Shown: in pieces, positions 58,491 to 64,000 of the stretch
How the letters are laid out: the number at the start of each line of letters is the position of its first letter
Numbering within the stretch: position 1 is the stretch's first letter
Origin: an uncultured Lachnospiraceae bacterium
Lineage (GTDB): Bacteria > Bacillota > Clostridia > Lachnospirales > Lachnospiraceae
Assembly (NCBI GenBank): GCA_949742505.1
Contig: CATJPU010000179.1
Span: 2,484 to 66,483, forward strand
DNA length: 64,000 nt
Direction of reading: 5' to 3'
Made by a program: the position numbers and the translations under genes
The notes under the pieces: generated by a model
Database searches by the model: none
What the model saw: only the letters and a program-made list of their open reading frames with translations
What the model was told of the DNA's origin: nothing

Positions 58491-59760
58491 AAAATTTAAA
58501 GGCTGGGGTGTCCTTATTGCCGCCTGCATCTTGTCATTTATACCGACCGCGATTATGGGAAACTGTTTCTCGCTGTATATGGCTCCTGTCTGCAGTGATT
58601 TGGGATTTGAGACTACAGGCTGGTCCATGGTCAGCCTGATCGCATCCTTTGCCAGCGCAATCGGCGCTATGATAATCGCAGGATTGTATCAGAAGAAAAA
58701 TATGAAAATCATGATGGTAGCTGTTACTATCGGAACAAGCCTGTGCTGGTTTGCCGCTACGTTCTGCACACAGCTCTGGCAGTTCTACCTGGTATTCGCA
58801 TTGTCAAATATCTTCCTGGCAGGTCTTACACAGCTTCCAATCTCTATGCTTGTTACTGCATGGTTTGAGGATAAGCGTGCAACGATGATGTCTATCGCTT
58901 ATGCATGCGGCGGACTTGGCGGCGCTGTTTGGTCGCCGATCATCTCCAAATTTATTGCTGCCGACGCTTCCGGCTGGAAGACAGCTATGCTGTTTTCTGC
59001 AATCTGCGTAGGCGTAGTAATGGTAATCACTGCACTTGTCCTGGTAAAACGTTCTCCGGCAGAGTATGGTACAGAACCATACCGTACCGGTAAAAAAGAT
59101 ACTTCTGTTGCTAATGCCAAGACACAGTCTAATGCATGGATCGGTGTATCCAAGAAAGTAGCCACAAAATCAGGCGCATGGTACTGCGTACTTGGCGTAG
59201 TTCTCTGTGTCGGACTTATTTCTGCTGGTGTTACTACACATGTTCCTAACTTTGTTACCTCTATTGCAAACGACGGCGGAACACTTTCGGGTACTGTTCT
59301 TTCTGTTTACTCTATCGTTTCCATCGTTGGTATGGTTGGCGGCGGCGCGCTGATGGATAAGATGGGAATCCGTAAAACGGTTCTTCTTGCCGCTGTACTT
59401 GTTATTATCGGACTTGCAAGCCTTTATGCTTACTCTTTAACCGGTAATACAATGCTTGTATTCGGATACTCTATATTCTTCGCCATTGCAATGTTTCTTC
59501 CAAAGGTACTTCCGGCAGTATTGATGTCTACCGTATTCGGTACCAAGGATTATGCAGGGATTTATGCGTTAGCTAACCTGTTCTTCCTGATTGGCGCGGC
59601 ATTCGGCTCCGTATTAACTGCAATCATTCAGGGTATTGCAGGTTACGGCGCTACCTGGATTGTCTACATGGTTATAGCAATCCTTCTGTTCCTCTCTGTT
59701 TCCGGCGCGATTAGCGGCGGGGCAAAACTGCAAGAGAAATATCCGCAGGGCGACGAGTAA
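58480..59760 (+). CDS. MFS transporter (OFA/MCT-like, ~12 TM); probable bile acid transporter, not obviously a BaiG ortholog
   Basis: WFEDKRAT, central hydrophilic loop, GGALMDKMG, FGTKDYAGIY; overlaps the baiB stop. Confidence 0.85.
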   Translation: MESKKFKGWGVLIAACILSFIPTAIMGNCFSLYMAPVCSDLGFETTGWSMVSLIASFASAIGAMIIAGLYQKKNMKIMMVAVTIGTSLCWFAATFCTQLWQFYLVFALSNIFLAGLTQLPISMLVTAWFEDKRATMMSIAYACGGLGGAVWSPIISKFIAADASGWKTAMLFSAICVGVVMVITALVLVKRSPAEYGTEPYRTGKKDTSVANAKTQSNAWIGVSKKVATKSGAWYCVLGVVLCVGLISAGVTTHVPNFVTSIANDGGTLSGTVLSVYSIVSIVGMVGGGALMDKMGIRKTVLLAAVLVIIGLASLYAYSLTGNTMLVFGYSIFFAIAMFLPKVLPAVLMSTVFGTKDYAGIYALANLFFLIGAAFGSVLTAIIQGIAGYGATWIVYMVIAILLFLSVSGAISGGAKLQEKYPQGDE

Positions 59761-59823
59761 AAATATTTTCAATATGACACACGTATATATTAGACGATTA
59801 ATATATAAGAAAGGAATTCTATT

Positions 59824-61188
59824 ATGAAAGAAATCAACAACAAATTAACTCAGAAGTTCAATGAATATCCTGATTTTGGCGTTCTTCAGGGCGTAAAAGT
59901 ATTTATTTCAGGTACAAACATTGCCGGACCATTCGCAGGCTGTCTGATGGCTGAGATGGGCGCTAAGGTTCTTCAGGCTGAGGCTCCTTCCATCGCGTGC
60001 CAGACCCGCGGTACTCTCGCATGGTCTCAGAATCATCGTAATGAATTCTCTATTACGATTAACACAGCAAAACCTTCCGGAAGGAAGATTTTCTACAAGT
60101 GTATCGAATGGGCAGATATCTGGATTGAAGCCGGAAGACCTGGCTCCTATAAGAAACGCGGTATTACCGACGAATCATGCTGGGAGCGCAACAAAGCCCT
60201 TTCGATCGTGCATGTATCCGGTTACGGTCAGTTTGGTCCCTCCAAGGATAAGCCATCCTACGACGTATCCGGCCAGGCAATGGGCGGCTATATGTACCTG
60301 AACGGCGAATCACCGACTTCCAGTCCTCTGAAGGTTAATCCATACCTGTCAGACTATGTTACCGCATATAATGCCTGCATGGTTGCTCTTTCCGGTTATA
60401 TTCACGCTCTGCGTACCGGCGAAGGCGATTCCTGCGACGTTGCACAGTATGATACCATGTTCCGTCTGCTTGACAACTACCCGGCTAAATGGTTCAATAA
60501 CGGCTATCCGAAGCAGGGCGAGCCGGTTCCATACCGTACAGGTAATAAGAGCGATATGGCAGCATGCTTCTCATTCTATGACACAAAGGACGGCGGTTCT
60601 ATGTTCGTAGCCATCACCGGCCAGGGTCCTGTTACCCGCGGATATCCGATTATCGGTATGGGTACGCCCGGCGCAAAAGACTCAGACATTCCGAAGGATT
60701 GTACCGGACTTCCTCTTTATGATCCACGCGGAGCAAAAGCGGAGAAATTGTGTGAAGAATTCTGCGCTTCTCATACCTGTGACGAGCTGGAAGAAATCTT
60801 CGGCAAAGCCGGCGTTCCCTGCCAGAGAGCTTATGGTCCTGCTGACATTGAGAAGGATCCACAGTTCGAGGCCCGCGAGAATCTGGTTGAGTGGGAAGAT
60901 CAGTGCTTCGGCAAGATGAAAGGTATCGGAGTAACCAATATCTTCAAGAAAAATCCTTCTCAGATTGTTGCTGCCGCTCCTTGTTTCGGCGAGCATAACC
61001 GGGAAGTATTACAGAGCTTCGGCTACACAGATGAAGAGATTGATAAGTTATACAAGAGCAAGGACCTTGTTACATGGACTCCTGCTGATACGGCAAAGAA
61101 GAAATTGTATGTTGAGTGGGGATTCTTCTGGGATCCGGAGAGACAGTGCGAGCGGATTGGCCTTGAGTACAAAAAACCTGAGAAATAA
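59824..61188 (+). CDS. baiF: Family III (CaiB/BaiF) bile acid CoA-transferase (BaiF/BaiK-like)
   Basis: NIAGP, SQNHRN, IVHVSGYGQ, LKVNPYLSDYV, DVAQY, RTGNK...AA.FSFY..KDG, RGYPIIG. Confidence 0.8.
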   Translation: MKEINNKLTQKFNEYPDFGVLQGVKVFISGTNIAGPFAGCLMAEMGAKVLQAEAPSIACQTRGTLAWSQNHRNEFSITINTAKPSGRKIFYKCIEWADIWIEAGRPGSYKKRGITDESCWERNKALSIVHVSGYGQFGPSKDKPSYDVSGQAMGGYMYLNGESPTSSPLKVNPYLSDYVTAYNACMVALSGYIHALRTGEGDSCDVAQYDTMFRLLDNYPAKWFNNGYPKQGEPVPYRTGNKSDMAACFSFYDTKDGGSMFVAITGQGPVTRGYPIIGMGTPGAKDSDIPKDCTGLPLYDPRGAKAEKLCEEFCASHTCDELEEIFGKAGVPCQRAYGPADIEKDPQFEARENLVEWEDQCFGKMKGIGVTNIFKKNPSQIVAAAPCFGEHNREVLQSFGYTDEEIDKLYKSKDLVTWTPADTAKKKLYVEWGFFWDPERQCERIGLEYKKPEK

Positions 61189-61287
61189 TACTATTCTTTC
61201 ATAAGCACTAAGTCTAATGCTTCATCCGGCCAGACACCGTATCCATGACTGACTGGATGGAGCATTTATTGTAAGAAAGGAAAACAT

Positions 61288-61809
61288 ATGACTGACCTTG
61301 AAATCTTAATTGAGAAAGACAAAATAAGAGACCAGATTTATACCTACTGCCGCGCGTTAGACCGAATTGACTTTGAATTGGGGTATACCATTTTCGCGGA
61401 AGATTCCGAAGTGGACTATGGCCCTACCTACAAGGGTACCGGCAGAGGCTTCATTGATATGATGTTGAAAATGCATACAAACATGATGCTTTCCACTCAT
61501 CATATGATGACCAACATTTTAATCAAACTGAACGAAGACGGCACGAAAGCCGCCAGCGAGACCTATATGTATGCAGCCTGCAAGTATCGGAATAAAGCAA
61601 AAAAGCCTACTTTTACAGTGGAAGCCCGCTGCCGCGACATCGACCAGTGGGAAAAGCGCGACGGTAAGTGGGTAATTGTGAAACGTGTCGTAGCAGGCGA
61701 CAACACCTTCTTACTTAACAGTCCTTCCTATACGGAAGACTATAACAACAACCGCGGAAAGTCGCGGGAGAAAGACCCTTCTTATATAGCGTTTGCTGAA
61801 TTTGAATAA
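61288..61809 (+). CDS. NTF2/SnoaL-like protein (third in the cluster)
   Basis: IRDQIYTYCRALDR, THHMMTN, DQWEKRDGKWVI.KR. Confidence 0.82.
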   Translation: MTDLEILIEKDKIRDQIYTYCRALDRIDFELGYTIFAEDSEVDYGPTYKGTGRGFIDMMLKMHTNMMLSTHHMMTNILIKLNEDGTKAASETYMYAACKYRNKAKKPTFTVEARCRDIDQWEKRDGKWVIVKRVVAGDNTFLLNSPSYTEDYNNNRGKSREKDPSYIAFAEFE

Positions 61810-61816
61810 TGTGAAC

Positions 61817-61858
61817 AAAAAGAGCACAGGCCTAATTGATACAGGCCTATGCTCTTTT
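61817..61858. terminator. Bidirectional intrinsic terminator
   Basis: AAAAGAGCACAGGCCT...AGGCCTATGCTCTTTT. Confidence 0.85.
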
Positions 61859-61889
61859 CTATATTGCATATTAAGTTTTTCTTTCTTCG

Positions 61890-62093
61890 TTATTCAATTA
61901 CGATTATGAATCCTGAGCCATCTTCCGTAACAGTTGTTTTCTTGCCGCGGTCCTTCGCCAGCTTTTCAACATTTGTCTTCTGATGCGGCTCACTTACCAG
62001 TACCTTAACCGGTCCATCTGCATTCTTTAACGCATCTGCTGTCAGCATAATCGGTTCCGGGCAGGAAAGCCCTCTTGCATCTACTTCTACCAT
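61890..62093 (-). CDS. TusA/SirA-family sulfur(selenium) carrier (YedF-like)
   Basis: VDARGLSCPEP motif. Confidence 0.9.
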   Translation of the reverse strand: MVEVDARGLSCPEPIMLTADALKNADGPVKVLVSEPHQKTNVEKLAKDRGKKTTVTEDGSGFIIVIE

Positions 62094-62135
62094 AACGATT
62101 CCTTCCTTTCTTAATTAGATTGCGATTCTCAAACC

Positions 62136-63236
62136 TTATTTCTTTACAGCCTCGCGTTTATTGGTAAAGGCTATCACAAAGCATACGATGATACAGATAA
62201 TTACTGCAATCTTGCCGTTCGGCGTCGCTGCTCCCGCTACAATCTCATTCGTCTCAGCATTCATTGCCGTTCCGCTGGAAGCGAGTCCCAGATTATGGCA
62301 GAGCGCCGCTCCGAAGAATAATCCAAGGACGGTTACCGCTGAATCAGAAGAGCCCTGTCCTGCCAGAATCAGCTGACGCAGCGGACAGCCTCCTGCAAGT
62401 ACTGCCGCAAATCCTACCGCATACATTCCCAGAGCATTCCATAAATGCTCAGAATGTGCGATAATGCCCGGGGTATTGAATCCCAGAACAAATCTTCCCG
62501 TTGCAATATTAAATATCAGCATTACCACAAATAACGCTCCGATGACTGTGAGCAGGTCAAAATTCTTCATCAGAATCACATCGCGGATTCCGCCCGCAAA
62601 GCACATTCTCGACTTCTGTGCAAACGCGCCGAATACCAGGCCGCCAATCAACGATGCTATAATCGGAGCATGCATGCTTCCAGGCCCCGCCTCACTGGCC
62701 TTTAAAAGGCTCGTACAAACCGCAAGCAGCAGTATACCAACCATAAGAACAGAAAGCACAGAACCGCTTGATTTGTTCGTCTCATGGGCGCGTCCTAGGC
62801 TGGTTCCGTTCTTCAGCATCAGCGTTCCTGTGCCAACACCAAGAATAAATCCTACCAGCGCCACCCACGCATTCAAATCGCCTGCCGACATACGGATAAT
62901 CATACGCAGCGGACAGCCTAAGAATACCAGGGAACCAATCATAATGATCATTCCCAATACAAAACGGATCATCGGTGAAGACCCTGCCGTAGAGCGGTAT
63001 TCTTTGGTTGCTACAGAGATGATAAACGCCCCCAGCACAAGTCCGACAATCTCCGGCCTTGCATATTGAACCACCTCTGCCTGATGCATTCCCATTGCTC
63101 CTGCCATGTCTCTTACGAAGCAGGCGATACAGAATGCCATGTTAGCCGGATTCCCCATAAATGCAAGAATTGCAGCCACAATACCGCAGACAGCACCCGC
63201 TAACGCAAGTTTCTTCTTAGAATCATACAAAGTCAT
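62136..63236 (-). CDS. yedE: YedE-family selenium/sulfur metabolism membrane protein
   Basis: GNPANMAFCIACFVRD, QYARPEI, FLGCPLR, SRMCFAGG, GGCPLRQL. Confidence 0.9.
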   Translation of the reverse strand: MTLYDSKKKLALAGAVCGIVAAILAFMGNPANMAFCIACFVRDMAGAMGMHQAEVVQYARPEIVGLVLGAFIISVATKEYRSTAGSSPMIRFVLGMIIMIGSLVFLGCPLRMIIRMSAGDLNAWVALVGFILGVGTGTLMLKNGTSLGRAHETNKSSGSVLSVLMVGILLLAVCTSLLKASEAGPGSMHAPIIASLIGGLVFGAFAQKSRMCFAGGIRDVILMKNFDLLTVIGALFVVMLIFNIATGRFVLGFNTPGIIAHSEHLWNALGMYAVGFAAVLAGGCPLRQLILAGQGSSDSAVTVLGLFFGAALCHNLGLASSGTAMNAETNEIVAGAATPNGKIAVIICIIVCFVIAFTNKREAVKK

Positions 63237-63330
63237 ATCTTTTCCCTCTCTTTCCATTTGTGACTTCTATAACCACCTCTATTATCTCCCTTAATTTTCC
63301 AGCTGTCTAATTGTTTATCCCAATAACCGC

Positions 63331-63361
63331 AACAATTTATAGAATATTTCTATAAATTGTT
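63331..63361. promoter_or_regulatory. Palindromic operator (LysR-type ATAG-N7-CTAT core) upstream of yedE
   Basis: AACAATTTATAGAA-TAT-TTCTATAAATTGTT, 14-bp arms. Confidence 0.65.
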
Positions 63362-63469
63362 TATACTATTTTATATGGATATTCATAGCTATAATGTTCA
63401 CTCTCACCTTTGCAGAATCTCTGTTAAATCTATTACCGCCTATGAATTAGCCGCAGCTAACCTCCGTTC

Positions 63470-63506
63470 ATACAAATAGCCTGACTTCATGTCAGGCTAT
63501 TTGTAT
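63470..63506 (-). terminator. Terminator-like hairpin after nrdD
   Basis: ATACAAATAGCCTGAC-TTCAT-GTCAGGCTATTTGTAT. Confidence 0.75.
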
Positions 63507-63560
63507 CACATAAAATTATAATTCAGTATAAAAAACTTTTCCAGGCTTCTTCCATTCTAT

Positions 63561-64000
63561 CTACAGATGTAAAACTCTGTCTTTGATCTCCTGCGTTCTT
63601 CCTTGATTCCAGAACTGCGTTCCTATATAACCGCAGGTTCTCCTCGCCACAGCCATCTTGTTCTGATCCTGATTGCCGCAGTTCGGACATTCCCAAACAA
63701 GCTTTCCCGACTCATCCTCCTGAATCAGAATCTCACCGGAATAGCCGCAGCACTCACAGAAATCGCTCTTGGTATTCAATTCCGCATACATAATATTATC
63801 GTAGATAAATTTCATAACAGACAACACTGCCGGAATGTTCTGCTGCATATCCGGAACCTCCACATAACTGATTGCTCCGCCCGGCGACAGCTTCTGAAAA
63901 TCCGCCTCAAACTTCAGCTTATCAAATGCATTAATCTCCTCAGTTACATGCACATGATAGCTATTCGTAATATAATTCTTGTCCGTTACTCCCGGAATGA
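63561..64000 (-). CDS. nrdD: Anaerobic ribonucleoside-triphosphate reductase, C-terminal part (5' end outside window)
   Basis: YITNSYHV, SPGGAISY, CECCG/CPNCG, RRTCGYIG glycyl radical motif. Confidence 0.95.
   Translation of the reverse strand, partial: IPGVTDKNYITNSYHVHVTEEINAFDKLKFEADFQKLSPGGAISYVEVPDMQQNIPAVLSVMKFIYDNIMYAELNTKSDFCECCGYSGEILIQEDESGKLVWECPNCGNQDQNKMAVARRTCGYIGTQFWNQGRTQEIKDRVLHL

Noticed and set aside
1-64000. CRISPR array, prophage, integrase/transposase, tRNA/rRNA
   Set aside because: No regularly spaced repeats, hallmark proteins or structural RNA signatures seen by eye

Overview
Chromosomal window from a gut Clostridia/Lachnospiraceae-like bacterium (inferred from gene content and RBS/promoter style). 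No integrase, transposase, rRNA, tRNA or CRISPR array is visible. Left to right: (1) decayed gene fragments (SDR, DUF5688, ABC ATPase; 1-2.2 kb); (2) an orphan sgc-like galactitol-family PTS catabolic locus with two EIIB/EIIC sets (2.2-15.6 kb); (3) a GH91/GH32 difructose-anhydride/fructan utilisation locus with an ABC importer, LacI, two perfect operators and MITE-like hairpins (16.5-24.6 kb); (4) a decayed DUF4869 plus Walker-A/TOPRIM-like pair; (5) housekeeping genes (mgrA, amino-acid ABC with a circularly permuted binding protein, uppP, metF); (6) a ~26 kb bile-acid/steroid region (35.6-61.8 kb). That region holds a BaiCD-like reductase fused to an SDR/epimerase domain and a rearranged bai 7-dehydroxylation gene set in several units (baiCD-baiE; baiH-baiI; barA-barB; baiA-baiB-MFS-baiF plus an extra NTF2-like gene). 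Directly behind baiE lies a tightly coupled 9-gene operon of five ATP-grasp ligases, an opine dehydrogenase, two GT2s and a pyruvyltransferase, with no export/polymerase genes and apparently no promoter of its own. (7) yedF-like/yedE and the 3' end of nrdD. The best candidate for an undescribed system is the bai-linked ATP-grasp/opine/glycosyltransferase operon. Family assignments come from motifs and from recalled similarity to known proteins, not from database searches.
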